Below the pieces are notes generated by a model, which saw only the letters and a program-made list of their open reading frames with translations, was not told where the DNA came from and did no database searches. Below, piece after piece: positions 8,664 to 19,300 of a DNA stretch of 56,702 nucleotides; positions within the stretch are counted from its first letter, which is position 1; each line of letters starts with the position of its first letter. The stretch is taken from positions 1-56,702 of the IMG/VR virus record IMGVR_UViG_3300049846_000236. The stretch is one strand, 5' to 3'. Position numbers and translations under genes: made by a program. Source of the stretch: a virus. Its lineage: Duplodnaviria > Caudoviricetes.

Positions 8664-11600
8664 TTAGGCCTGCTTCTTATACTTGATTCTCAGCACCGGG
8701 CGCTTAGAGTTTGCAACGCCTCGGAAATAGGTCACAAAGTCCGTGTTTCCGGACGGTGCGGGCCCAAGCAGGATGCCCTTGGTGTTACCGTTTGCCCAGG
8801 CAGAGTATGGGAATGAAGCGTCTCCTAGATCAACCCACTTACCAGTTCCAGGCTTCCAGTTAGACTCCCTCTTAAGATCAGAACTCTTTCCTGTAATGCC
8901 AGCCCACGTTGATTGTTCGTTGGCGGCGTCGTGCTTTCCAATAACTGCCGTAGCCCCGTTGTTGTTGTATGTAGCGTACATGTACATATAAAGATCAACG
9001 TCGAGGACGGTTGCACCAGAAAGATCGGTTTGAATTCGTGATGAATCAAAGGCGAAGGCCGACTTATAGTCTAGACCGGAGTTACCGGCTACAAACACGT
9101 AATCGTTTTCACCATTAAGTTTGTTTCCGGCACCGTCATAAATTGCAGACCACTCACAGTTATAGGTCTTGGTGTAAACCTTCCAGTTGTCCTGAGTAGT
9201 GTTGCTTCCACGGTCAATTCCGGTATCTTCAATATATGGCCCAATGTCTTCAATCCATAGTTGAACTGGATCAATGGAGCCTAGGATCTGAGCCGCTGAC
9301 GCAGCCGAGCCGTTCTGAAATAGTGTTACTCTAAAATCTTCTACACCATCACCAGCGGCTAGCCTATAAATTCTGTGAAGAGATAGTGTCGGCCTTCCGT
9401 CAACACCAGCAATTGTATGCTGCCCCCTGGCCCTGGTCAGAATGGCCGAAGTGTTTGTTGGCCTTGTTCCGTCGGTTGTATATCTCAACTTAACGTTCAT
9501 GGAGTTACCGCTACCCGGAGGGGCAACGGTAAATGTAGAAGTATGAATCCTATAAGTCCTACCCCTCTGCAACTGCGCCTGAACTTCAAGATAAGGGTCT
9601 TCACCGGTTCCAGTGACACCAGCATCAGTACCTCTTCCTCCGAAGGCGACCACGCCTCGCCCAGTGTCAGTAATAAACGTATCAATGGGGACGCCGTTAA
9701 TTTCAAGTTCTTCAGTCTCCACCTTCTGAAAACTTGCAGCGCCGTCAGCACCGATGAGTGCCATTGTCTCCCCGGCATCCCTAATTTGAAGGAATGATCC
9801 TCCTCCGACTGGCTCCCCTAGAAGGCTGATGGTTTCCTCGCCGTCCTCGTCCCACATTCGGAGGCCAGCACCAGTAAGTTCTACAGAACCGTAACCGTTC
9901 TGCATCACCCAGGCGTCATCAATATACGCTGATGAAGTATTTGTTGATCCAACGTTCTTAAATTTTAAGCGAATCCAGGTCTGGCCAGATGTTGTCGTAT
10001 AGTCTCCCTGCAACTTATCAGCCCTTGAAAGGTCTGGCTTAGCGTATATTACTCCGGTTCCATTAGTTGTTAAGGCTAGGGCGGCACCGCCCACGGTAGA
10101 AGCCACCTGAAACGTCGTTGCTGTCGCTCCTACTACATAGTACCTTGTATTAGGAGAAATTCCAGTGGTGCCGGTAATTGTCTTAAACATGACAGAATCG
10201 CCGTTGACAAAATTGTGGCCTTTCGGATACACGACAGCCCCACCACCGTTTACCCCAGTGGTGAAAGTTGTGGCTGCCCCACCCACACTTGTAGAAACTT
10301 GAAGGGTCGTTGATGTTGGATTTATTACATAGTATCGAGTGTTTGTTGAAATACCTGTCGTATCTATCATTGTAGAAAATGCAATGGCATCACCAGATTG
10401 ATAAGAATGTCCATTTTTAAAAGTAAAAACATCCCCTGTATCAGTTGTAGAACATGAAACTAGTAGCATAGTACCAGTTCCATTTCCTGTGGCTAAGTTT
10501 ATTGCCGAGCCTGACTTAGAAACAGACAGAGAAAATGTATTTCCTGAAACATTCACGAGATAGTACCTAAGGTTTGCAGAGATTCCAGTTGTTGTTGAGA
10601 CAGAACTGAAATAAACCAAATCATTTTCTTCGAACGTGTGTCCTTCGGTGTCCGCAATTGTTACTAGGTCATTAGAAATATTAAATGTTGCAGCCCAGGT
10701 GTTGGTGTCGGGCGGTACCGCTGCAAGGACCTGATCTCCGGAGTCCGTGAAAATGGCCGAATGCTCAGTCCCAGTGTTTGCCGCAACGCTAGACCACGCC
10801 GGGGTCACCGCCTGCTCCGTCCACGGACCAGTAGACGCTCCTGCAGTCTCAACAACCATAGTCATCCTTGCGTGGGCGTCTCCAGTGTAATATCCTCCAA
10901 CACGGTATGTATTTCCTACAACGGCTGGGATCGGGTCTGAGTAAGCATAGGTTCCTGCCTGCCCGCCTATACAGTCAAGGCGCAACTTCGACAGACCCGC
11001 TCTAGGGGTAACTCCACCAGTCAAATACTCTACTCCGTAAAGAGAAGTAGAATCTGGAGAAGTTCTTCCGAACGTCCACCCTGGATATGCCTCATTGTCT
11101 CCATATGTTCCTGCAGAAACAGCACCCTCCCCGACCTGCTCAAATGCTGGGTTAGCCAAGAGGTTCGAAGCCAGGGTTCCTGAGTAAAACTTGTTCGATG
11201 AAATCGCTCCCGCCGAGATTTTATCCGCAGTAATAGCGCTTGATGCAATCTGTGCAGCAGTAATTGTATTCGTAGAGATCCTGTCCGCATTTAGCGAACC
11301 TGTAATAATCTGGGCACCATCAATAACTGTTGATGGCTTTACATATCCAGACGGAAGATTGCTCGCACCAACCTGCTCCTCCATCATTACTCCATCTATG
11401 TACTGCCTCTGTGTTCCTGTAGCAGCCCCAAATGTGACTAGTAGTTGTACAGTAGTATCAGAGGCGGCAGTAAAAGTACCGGCAACCCTTCTCCATCCAC
11501 CGGCTGTTGCAGTCGTTGTGACAACTCCGTCAACTGTAATGTTTGATAGTGTAGTGTTTGATCCACCGTTCGGCTTGTATCCAGGGCTAACAGTCATGTT

Positions 11601-14600
11601 TTGAGCAACGTATAGGTACATTGAAACAATATATGTCTTACCGCTAAGAACAGGGATATTGTATGTTGTAGCGCTCTGTGCAAATCTAATTCCCTGGCCA
11701 GCAGCGTTAATGTCAATAAAGGCGCTTCTTGTACCGAACTTGAACTGTGTTGCGGAAGTTCCAGTAAGTACCGGAGCACTGATCTGTCCGAAGTTTAATG
11801 AATTTCCGGAGTCATAGAGAGTTGCGGTTGCTTCGAAGTCAGAGAATTCTACTGGAACCATGTTCGCCCCAGTCCCCCCGATTTGTAGAGCAGCAGCCTT
11901 AATTGTTCCAGTATTAATTGTAAGGCCTGAATTATCTAGTTGCCAACCCGTTGCTCCCCCTGAAGTCACATAGGAGTCTGACCTCACTTTTCCACCAGTT
12001 CCCTGAACTGTCAACGTTCCGGGGGTATTGTCACTCTTTCCAATTGTTAGGTCAGTTACAACAGCGCTGTTTGCCTCTAGTCTGTCAGCGTTTACCGTTC
12101 CGGTTAGAATTCCGTTTCCATCGATTACAGTTGCCGTAGAGGATACGAACTGTGATGGTGCCGTTGCTCCTGTTCCAAGACCCTTTTCCACCATTACATC
12201 ATCGACATAAAGTGTTCCTGTGGCCGACAAGTTTGCCACACCAACTTGTAATCCGGTAGCGTTAGTTCCGGCGGGCACCACAAACGCCGCAGAAATTCTG
12301 GTCCATCCAGTAGTTGTTACGTTAAGCGCCGCCGAGTTTTGAACGGTCGGAGTCGGGGTCTCGTTTGTCTTAAACCTAATAAGAACAGTCTTATTCGCCG
12401 TTGTAGTTCTAGCGTACATAGAAACAATATATGTTTCTCCGGGGGCAGCAAGAATATTGTAAGATGTTGTAGTTGGCGCGAAGTACGTTTCTGTTGTTGT
12501 GCTAGACGTTACAATAGAAAGGTATTGTGTTCCAGAGCGCGGACCAGGGGAACCGCTATTGGTAACGCTTGTAGTCGCAGAAGTGTTTGCAAACAGCGAG
12601 GTGTATGTGCTTGGACGATTCTCAAAGCCGCAGTATTCAATTGGAACAATATTAGCGCCGAGGGACGTGATTCCAAGTCTTCCGGCGTTGATTGTGCCAG
12701 CATTAATCTTAACGGCATCTAGATCGTTAATTTTAGCATTGGTAATAGCAGCATCAGTAATATTTGCAGTATTGATAAGTCCAGGTGTTGCTGTCTGCTG
12801 AGTAGATGCTGTTGCAGACTCGTTGCCGTTCCAGTCAACGGCTTTAGTCCTAACATACCAGGTCTGTGTAGACCCTCCTCCGGAGGTTGGAATCTGAAAA
12901 GTTCCTACAGAAGAAACTCCAACCGAGTAATCCAACTGCCCGATTAGGTTGGTTGCTCCGGGGGTGAATCCATTAGAGGTGCTAGCATAGACATTATAGT
13001 ATCTAACATCTCCATCGGCGTCATTTGCAGTGCTAGGCTGTGTCACCTGAATATTCTGAGTGTTGCTAACTACCGACGTCGCAGTAGGCGTAGAAGGTAG
13101 TCCAGTATCTTTAGCAACAGTAATTGGAGAACCTGTAGCAGCAACCCATGATCCAGAGTTTCCAAGTGTTCCGTTAAGATCATAGCAGATAACTTCTACA
13201 GTATATGCGCTACCTGGAACTAGGTTTCTTAGCGTATACGATGTAGAAGTGTTCGGATTTGCCATCTTTCCAACATCAATTTCAGTATTGGTTCCGGCTC
13301 CAATCCTGTAACGAATCTTAGTTCCAGCATAAATGATAGAGTTCGGTGTGGTCCAGTTAACATTTACCATCGCCGTCCTCTTGGTTGGGTCTGCCGGATC
13401 TAAAGCCCCTCCGTTAACCGTTACTGAGGTTGGTGCTCCGACATTTGTTACAGACTGAGAAACTTCACCAGAATAAGCCCCATACCTACCGAACACGTCA
13501 AGAACCCTGGTCCTGTAGTAGTATGTTCCAGCGAACGCCGAAGAAATTTGATGTGTGAACGTCGATCCCAGTCCACTGTACACAATCTTTGTGGGGTTAA
13601 CGGTCGTCGCTGTAGATGCGTATACCTCAATCTGTGCAGTTATTTCATTAGGGTCTGTGATAGCACCCCAGGTAAGGACAATTCCGTCTGCGCTGAGTGT
13701 TGGAGAGTTAAGTGTAGGGGCTGCCGGTGTAGAAGGGGCAGCAGTAAAGGCAGAGTTTTTTGTTAGGGCAGTAGAGGTAAGTCCGCTAGGCCCAACAGAG
13801 TACACACTGATAAGTGTAGGTGTGTATGGCCAGTTTACACCAAACTCTTTTCCATGCTCAGGGTCAATGTCGAAGAAGGTTCCAGTTGTCCAGTATGTTT
13901 TCATAACACTGTTTGCAGTAAGTTCTATCTTGTACTGAGCAATATCTGTTGCTGACGGTGTTGTAGATGCTGTCCATGAAATTCGGTAACTTGCGCCCAC
14001 CCAGGATTCTACCAGTGAAGTTGGAGGGTTTGGAGTGCTATATGAAGGACTAATACCACCGGGAGTGGCACTTTGCTCCGACGACCATGTAGTCTGTCCG
14101 AAGATATCCTTGGCTCCTACCCTATAGTATCTAGTTGGAGATCCTACAGCATGGTTAAATGCTAGACTATTTCCTCGATAAATTTCTGTTCCGGTGACCG
14201 GCGGGTTGGCCATGCTAGAGGTGTGCGATTGTAGGACATATTCTACTGTGTCATTACTTGAAGATGCTGTCCACTGTAGATTGACTCCACCGGAGTATGC
14301 TGTTGCTGTCAGGGTCGCCGGAGCGCTCGGAGCAGCATTTGTAGAGTTACCAGTCAGAGCCGTTGTAGATCTATTATTTGTAGTATCACGAGAATAAATT
14401 TTTACATAAATTGTTGACACTGGGGTGCCAGAGAACGCATCAACATTCATCTTGTATGTAAATTCAAATTGATGGGCCCTATCCTTAGCGATTAGATCGA
14501 TAGGTTTATTGTATTCTGGAATATTGTATGTAACATCTGGAGTTGTTCCATCATTACTAATTTCAAGAACGTAATCTTTCATATCGTTAAGGACTGTTCC

Positions 14601-14834
14601 GTTGGCATTATATAGTGGTGCCGTCCAGTTGATGACAAACGAGTCTATTGTCGGAGTTATTGTTAATCCGGTTGGGGGGTTAGGGTTTTTATCCTGTGTA
14701 CCGTTAACCGTATCAGAGAATACGTCGATTTCATAGGTTGGTGACCATTCACCGGCCTGACCGTCGAAAATACCACGAACACGAACGTCATACTTAAATC
14801 CTGGCGCTAGGCCATTGATACCTAGTTCTGTCAC
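8664..14834 (-). CDS. large tail fibre / host-recognition protein (FN3 repeats, CBM-like jelly rolls, IxAxxI fibre repeats)
   Basis: Multiple PxxPTxL...WT...YYRV FN3-like units, three N[IML]xP..FE...Y[IV]D CBM_4_9-like units, ITAAQIASSAITADKI repeats; last gene of the tail module. Confidence 0.85.
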   Translation of the reverse strand: MTELGINGLAPGFKYDVRVRGIFDGQAGEWSPTYEIDVFSDTVNGTQDKNPNPPTGLTITPTIDSFVINWTAPLYNANGTVLNDMKDYVLEISNDGTTPDVTYNIPEYNKPIDLIAKDRAHQFEFTYKMNVDAFSGTPVSTIYVKIYSRDTTNNRSTTALTGNSTNAAPSAPATLTATAYSGGVNLQWTASSSNDTVEYVLQSHTSSMANPPVTGTEIYRGNSLAFNHAVGSPTRYYRVGAKDIFGQTTWSSEQSATPGGISPSYSTPNPPTSLVESWVGASYRISWTASTTPSATDIAQYKIELTANSVMKTYWTTGTFFDIDPEHGKEFGVNWPYTPTLISVYSVGPSGLTSTALTKNSAFTAAPSTPAAPTLNSPTLSADGIVLTWGAITDPNEITAQIEVYASTATTVNPTKIVYSGLGSTFTHQISSAFAGTYYYRTRVLDVFGRYGAYSGEVSQSVTNVGAPTSVTVNGGALDPADPTKRTAMVNVNWTTPNSIIYAGTKIRYRIGAGTNTEIDVGKMANPNTSTSYTLRNLVPGSAYTVEVICYDLNGTLGNSGSWVAATGSPITVAKDTGLPSTPTATSVVSNTQNIQVTQPSTANDADGDVRYYNVYASTSNGFTPGATNLIGQLDYSVGVSSVGTFQIPTSGGGSTQTWYVRTKAVDWNGNESATASTQQTATPGLINTANITDAAITNAKINDLDAVKINAGTINAGRLGITSLGANIVPIEYCGFENRPSTYTSLFANTSATTSVTNSGSPGPRSGTQYLSIVTSSTTTETYFAPTTTSYNILAAPGETYIVSMYARTTTANKTVLIRFKTNETPTPTVQNSAALNVTTTGWTRISAAFVVPAGTNATGLQVGVANLSATGTLYVDDVMVEKGLGTGATAPSQFVSSTATVIDGNGILTGTVNADRLEANSAVVTDLTIGKSDNTPGTLTVQGTGGKVRSDSYVTSGGATGWQLDNSGLTINTGTIKAAALQIGGTGANMVPVEFSDFEATATLYDSGNSLNFGQISAPVLTGTSATQFKFGTRSAFIDINAAGQGIRFAQSATTYNIPVLSGKTYIVSMYLYVAQNMTVSPGYKPNGGSNTTLSNITVDGVVTTTATAGGWRRVAGTFTAASDTTVQLLVTFGAATGTQRQYIDGVMMEEQVGASNLPSGYVKPSTVIDGAQIITGSLNADRISTNTITAAQIASSAITADKISAGAISSNKFYSGTLASNLLANPAFEQVGEGAVSAGTYGDNEAYPGWTFGRTSPDSTSLYGVEYLTGGVTPRAGLSKLRLDCIGGQAGTYAYSDPIPAVVGNTYRVGGYYTGDAHARMTMVVETAGASTGPWTEQAVTPAWSSVAANTGTEHSAIFTDSGDQVLAAVPPDTNTWAATFNISNDLVTIADTEGHTFEENDLVYFSSVSTTTGISANLRYYLVNVSGNTFSLSVSKSGSAINLATGNGTGTMLLVSCSTTDTGDVFTFKNGHSYQSGDAIAFSTMIDTTGISTNTRYYVINPTSTTLQVSTSVGGAATTFTTGVNGGGAVVYPKGHNFVNGDSVMFKTITGTTGISPNTRYYVVGATATTFQVASTVGGAALALTTNGTGVIYAKPDLSRADKLQGDYTTTSGQTWIRLKFKNVGSTNTSSAYIDDAWVMQNGYGSVELTGAGLRMWDEDGEETISLLGEPVGGGSFLQIRDAGETMALIGADGAASFQKVETEELEINGVPIDTFITDTGRGVVAFGGRGTDAGVTGTGEDPYLEVQAQLQRGRTYRIHTSTFTVAPPGSGNSMNVKLRYTTDGTRPTNTSAILTRARGQHTIAGVDGRPTLSLHRIYRLAAGDGVEDFRVTLFQNGSAASAAQILGSIDPVQLWIEDIGPYIEDTGIDRGSNTTQDNWKVYTKTYNCEWSAIYDGAGNKLNGENDYVFVAGNSGLDYKSAFAFDSSRIQTDLSGATVLDVDLYMYMYATYNNNGATAVIGKHDAANEQSTWAGITGKSSDLKRESNWKPGTGKWVDLGDASFPYSAWANGNTKGILLGPAPSGNTDFVTYFRGVANSKRPVLRIKYKKQA

Positions 14835-16021
14835 AGGTTAAACACCAACTTATATTCGATATCCATTACCTTTCCGGCGCTCTTGATGGCTAGCGGAGGA
14901 GCATAGTAAACACCTGTTCCATCAGCAGTTAATAGATCAATGGCTGCGCCGCCAACTGTCAGTGCGACCTGAAATGTATTGGTTGTTGGATTAACAACAT
15001 AGTATTTTGTATTCGCTGAAATTCCAGTGGTGGTAGTAACCGTCTTGAAGATAATTTCATCTCCGGCACGGAGGCCATGATTATTGTATGTAACAGTATT
15101 TGGAGTGGCTTGGAACGTACATGAAATTTCAGTACCAGCAGCAACCCTGGAAACAAGCACTGAGTTTAGGTTAAGGTCGTCCTTGTCGAGCATTCCAATG
15201 AAGTCCCATGCACCCTGACCGTATGCAGAGGTTCCAGCAGAAGCCGAACCGTTTGTACGAACAGTGATCTTGACTATATTAGACCAGTCGAATGCAGCAT
15301 TTGATAGAGTAAAGTTACCCTTATTTACCCTATAGATATTGTACTGTGCCACACCTTCCGCCGGAACGTGTGTGGTAACGTTGGTCGTTGGAATTGTTGC
15401 AGTATAGCCAGCGCCATCAGTAAATGTAAGTACGAGAGTAGACAACTTAGCGGTCCATGAAATGTGACCGAACACTACCTGGTCTGTGGAAGAATATCCA
15501 CTAAGATCTAGGTTCTTGTAGTAGTCATAACTGATCCAGCCGCTGTTGGTCTGGATGCTCGCGTACTCATATTCTGTTCCAACCCTGGCAGGTGCGTATG
15601 AATATGCGTCTGTCTGCACAACAGTACCGCTGGTAGAGGCTGTCCAAGTTTCGTAGGGCGCGAAGGTGGTGATGATCTGTGTGGCATATGCACCTGTTAG
15701 ACTATCTAGTTTCAGGGTCGAAAGTCCACTCTCATAAATTCTACCGGCCCAGTTTGAGTCTAGTGTGGCCTTAAATAGCACGGTCTGGTTGGTGTAATCA
15801 ACAGACTTCATAATCACCGGAGCCGCAGCCGTCTGGTACCCCAGTCTCATATCTCCCACAACTGGGGCGGTCCCATCGAGCCCCACGAGAATTGACCCAG
15901 CATAGTCCGGAACCATCTTGGCCAGGTACCTGAGAACAGCCGACTTACCAGCCGTTGTAATCAGATTATCTCTCTGACCGACTAGTTCGCCATCCTCATA
16001 GAAAGAAAATGTACCCTTCAT
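14831..16021 (-). CDS. minor tail/baseplate protein
   Basis: N-terminal NLITTAGK...L motif typical of actinophage tail proteins; carries one copy of the TTGISxNTxYYV module. Confidence 0.7.
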   Translation of the reverse strand: MKGTFSFYEDGELVGQRDNLITTAGKSAVLRYLAKMVPDYAGSILVGLDGTAPVVGDMRLGYQTAAAPVIMKSVDYTNQTVLFKATLDSNWAGRIYESGLSTLKLDSLTGAYATQIITTFAPYETWTASTSGTVVQTDAYSYAPARVGTEYEYASIQTNSGWISYDYYKNLDLSGYSSTDQVVFGHISWTAKLSTLVLTFTDGAGYTATIPTTNVTTHVPAEGVAQYNIYRVNKGNFTLSNAAFDWSNIVKITVRTNGSASAGTSAYGQGAWDFIGMLDKDDLNLNSVLVSRVAAGTEISCTFQATPNTVTYNNHGLRAGDEIIFKTVTTTTGISANTKYYVVNPTTNTFQVALTVGGAAIDLLTADGTGVYYAPPLAIKSAGKVMDIEYKLVFNL

Positions 16022-16362
16022 TGCTTTGCCCAGATCACCTCGTATTTAGTAGCACCAACGTCTGAAACGTCGAATTTGATATCGTACACAACCTCGCCAG
16101 TCGCCAAAACCCTGCGGGTCTTGGTAACGCTGGTCAAGTCTATTGTCGGTACCGGATAAAAACCAGTTCCGGTGGTATCAATCGGCAGTTCTAGCCCCGC
16201 TAGGCTGCCATCCAGATCTGGGTCGATGTATCCAACATCGCCCTCTACAAGAACATCGTCAAAGTCGTCAACATCTACGGTGTCAACGTAGGCCTCGTTA
16301 ATCTCTAGAGACTGGGCCTTGGTGTCTTCTACGGTAATCTTGGGAGGTAGTTTTTCCGCCAT
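16018..16362 (-). CDS. small acidic tail protein
   Basis: Located in the tail operon; leaderless start after its own promoter. Confidence 0.6.
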   Translation of the reverse strand: MAEKLPPKITVEDTKAQSLEINEAYVDTVDVDDFDDVLVEGDVGYIDPDLDGSLAGLELPIDTTGTGFYPVPTIDLTSVTKTRRVLATGEVVYDIKFDVSDVGATKYEVIWAKQ

Positions 16363-16369
16363 ATCTCAA

Positions 16370-16398
16370 ATTCTAGCATATCAGACAGCATAAATCAA
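16370..16398 (-). promoter_or_regulatory. promoter (extended -10)
   Basis: TTGATT-17-TAGAAT with TG at -15/-14; ATG 7 nt downstream. Confidence 0.55.
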
Positions 16399-19300
16399 AC
16401 GGAGTCTACGGCCTGCGTGGTGTAGCCAGGAGGCTTAGCGGCGTTGGCCTCTACGCTATCATCGTTAGTTGTGTAGTTCTTGGCTGGTGGGCTGGTAATT
16501 CTCATCGACATAGAAATATTAGTGTCCAGACCATTGTTCCAACTGTTAGAAACCTTGGTTACCACATAGGTAAAGTTAGCAATCCTCTTACCGGGCCAGT
16601 ACACGCTCACAATGTCACCCACCTGGATTAGAGGGTTTCCATAAATTTCAAGATCATAATTGCTGGTCTGGGTTCCGAACCTGTCCCTAATAAACTTTCC
16701 AAGGTCTTCCGCCGACTCTCGGCGTTGAATCCAGGTACCAGTCAACTCCACAGTCTTTTCACCGAACTGATCAATAAGATCCTTGTCTTTATAGTCTAGA
16801 GTCTGCTCAGCACCCAGGAACAGCGTGCTTCCCGCAATTAGGAAGGTTTCATTTCTTCTGGCGTCAGCAACATTAGTCTCCCTCTCTCCGTTAACCATCT
16901 GCAACTTCTCGCTTCTATTGTGGAGCGTGAACGATGCCCCGAGAGGACGCTTCTTATAACGACTCACCATAACATTCTTATTACTTGAAATGATTTCCTG
17001 TGAGGTGGCTGGCATCTCAAAGTCCGCCTTGTAGTGGGCGATCTCTCTGGCCGTAGCCCACCCGCCGTGGTTAAAGTTGTAAACCCAACACCTAGCGTCG
17101 CTCTTCCTGCTCATCCAATGCTGCAAATACTTGTTGAACAACTTATCCCCAGGAGCAGCCTTATCGCTATGTGCCTTGTCCTTACGGGAAAGGTTATACA
17201 GGTACCCTCGCTTGTAGTCATTAATTCCAACCGTATTCACAACATAGAATTTGTCCACAAGAACCTTGCCGTCGCCCTTGACGAAGAATTGTGCCTTCTT
17301 AGTTCTTGAGAGTGTGGCGTCAGACTTATCCGCCCACTCGCCTACGAAGTTTCCGTTAATGAATACGGCGAAGCGCCAATCCTTGTCATTTCCTGTAACC
17401 AGAACCTCTAGATACGTCCAGTCTGTCTTAGTTATCCTCGGAGACTCGTATGTCTTTTCCTGGCGGTAGTCTGCGAACTGAACGAAGTCAATTGTTCTTG
17501 GCAGTTGCTTCTCCCCGCCGGTTCCATTTACCCTGACAACATTCACGTCGGAGGCTAGCGTGCTCAGATTAACCCTGTCACCGTCAACGCCCGGAAGAGG
17601 TCCGAAGATTTGCGGTGCCACAGAAATATGGTATCCCCCTGCGAAGTGATTTCCTGTGGGGAAGATTACGACTCCAATTTCAGGGTCATCACCGTCAGCG
17701 AACTTAAACTTCACACCAACCCTGTCATACTTATCGTATGAGGCACTGTCCTTCCAGATCTTATACCTAGAACCTCCGGTGAAGTTTGTGGTGATCTTTA
17801 GGTACCCGCCCTTGTCGCCGCCACTGTCTCTCCTGACAAACTTGATCGGAGCCATATCGTTCTGGCCTGTTCCGGAGTCCTTAGCAAACTTCATGCACTT
17901 CCAGTTCTGCCTGAACTCGTAGTAGATTGCGTTAATTCCAGCAGCAGCAGGGTCGGGAAGTCTTAGCCAGCCGGTGAAGGTTGGCCTAATTCCGTTGTTC
18001 TGTTCAATGGCGTAGATCATATCTGTGTCGCTAGATACCCATACGGTTCCCCCGCCAAACAACTGATACTTCTTGGCGTCGTATTCGTACATCTTTCCGG
18101 TGTCTTCAACAACGAATCTTCCACGGTATTTGAACAGGGTGTCATCAACTGTTTGCACCTTGATTTGTGTAGCACCCTGCGCGAAACTCTGAATAATCTC
18201 TGCAGCACCAACAAACATGGGATCTTCTGCCTTCCACATCGGAGCCCTGGTTGTTCTCCTGTGTCCACGGGCTGTAAAGAACTTGTTGGCAGCCTTGTAC
18301 TTGACCTTAGCCCAGTTAAAGATTTCAGATTCCTTACGCTGATCTGAAATAATGTTAGATAGGTGAGCGCCAGACGGAACTCCGTATAGCGTCAGGTCTG
18401 ATGTGGTGCCAGACGGCAACTCTGAGTCCCTATCAAATAGGTACTTGCGTGTAGTGATCTGTAGCCTTCCGAATTCATCAAAGTAGACCGCCAACTGGAA
18501 GGAACTTGCGATCTCCTGAATAATCTCCCAGACCTTTTTATCTGGGTCAGCCCAGAACCACTCAATCATATAGTCGTCTTCGGTGGCGGTTGACCTGTTA
18601 ACGTCAGCCCTTCCGAACCCGGCTCCGTCGCACAGAAGCCAGATTGCAGCGAACGCTGGGATATTAGTAACAAGCGTCTCCTGAGCATTGGTTTCCTGTA
18701 GAGCCTTCGAGTAGTCAACGAGGTTGACTGTGGTGGTGTCCTGGCTCTCCGAGGTCCAGTTATCGCTTACCATTGTCAATTGGCGAACGGTCCTGTCTGT
18801 GGCTGTTCCACCGATACTAGAGTTATAGATTAGGTTGACCTGGAACTCTACGAACTCGTCAAGTTTTCCGTTTAGTAGCGACTGTGAACTTACGGTGTCG
18901 AGGAAGCCATCGTCGTTAGAGAATACAATGTTTCCGGTATTTGTGGAAGCAGAGCCAATCATCAGGTCGCCGTTCTCCATGCCCAACTCGTTGTCAACAG
19001 AATATGACTCTGTTCTTTCTGAAAGGTCAATGACTAGGCGAGGAGTAAACTCGATAAGTTCTAGGCTGGCATTGACAGCATTTTCTGTTGCAGCAGACGG
19101 TAGAATTCTAAGCATAGAGTCAACCGACATTCTGATGCCCTGAATTGATACGCTGTTCGGCGCTGCTGTTGTGTAGTAGACTGGTGTGGTGGTCCATGTT
19201 CCACCGGCTGCCGGTCGATAAATCTCCACGATTCCGTTATCCGAACAGTTAATTCCTGTTGCTACAGTGGTCCACGAACCTGAAATCTTAACCTCGAACT

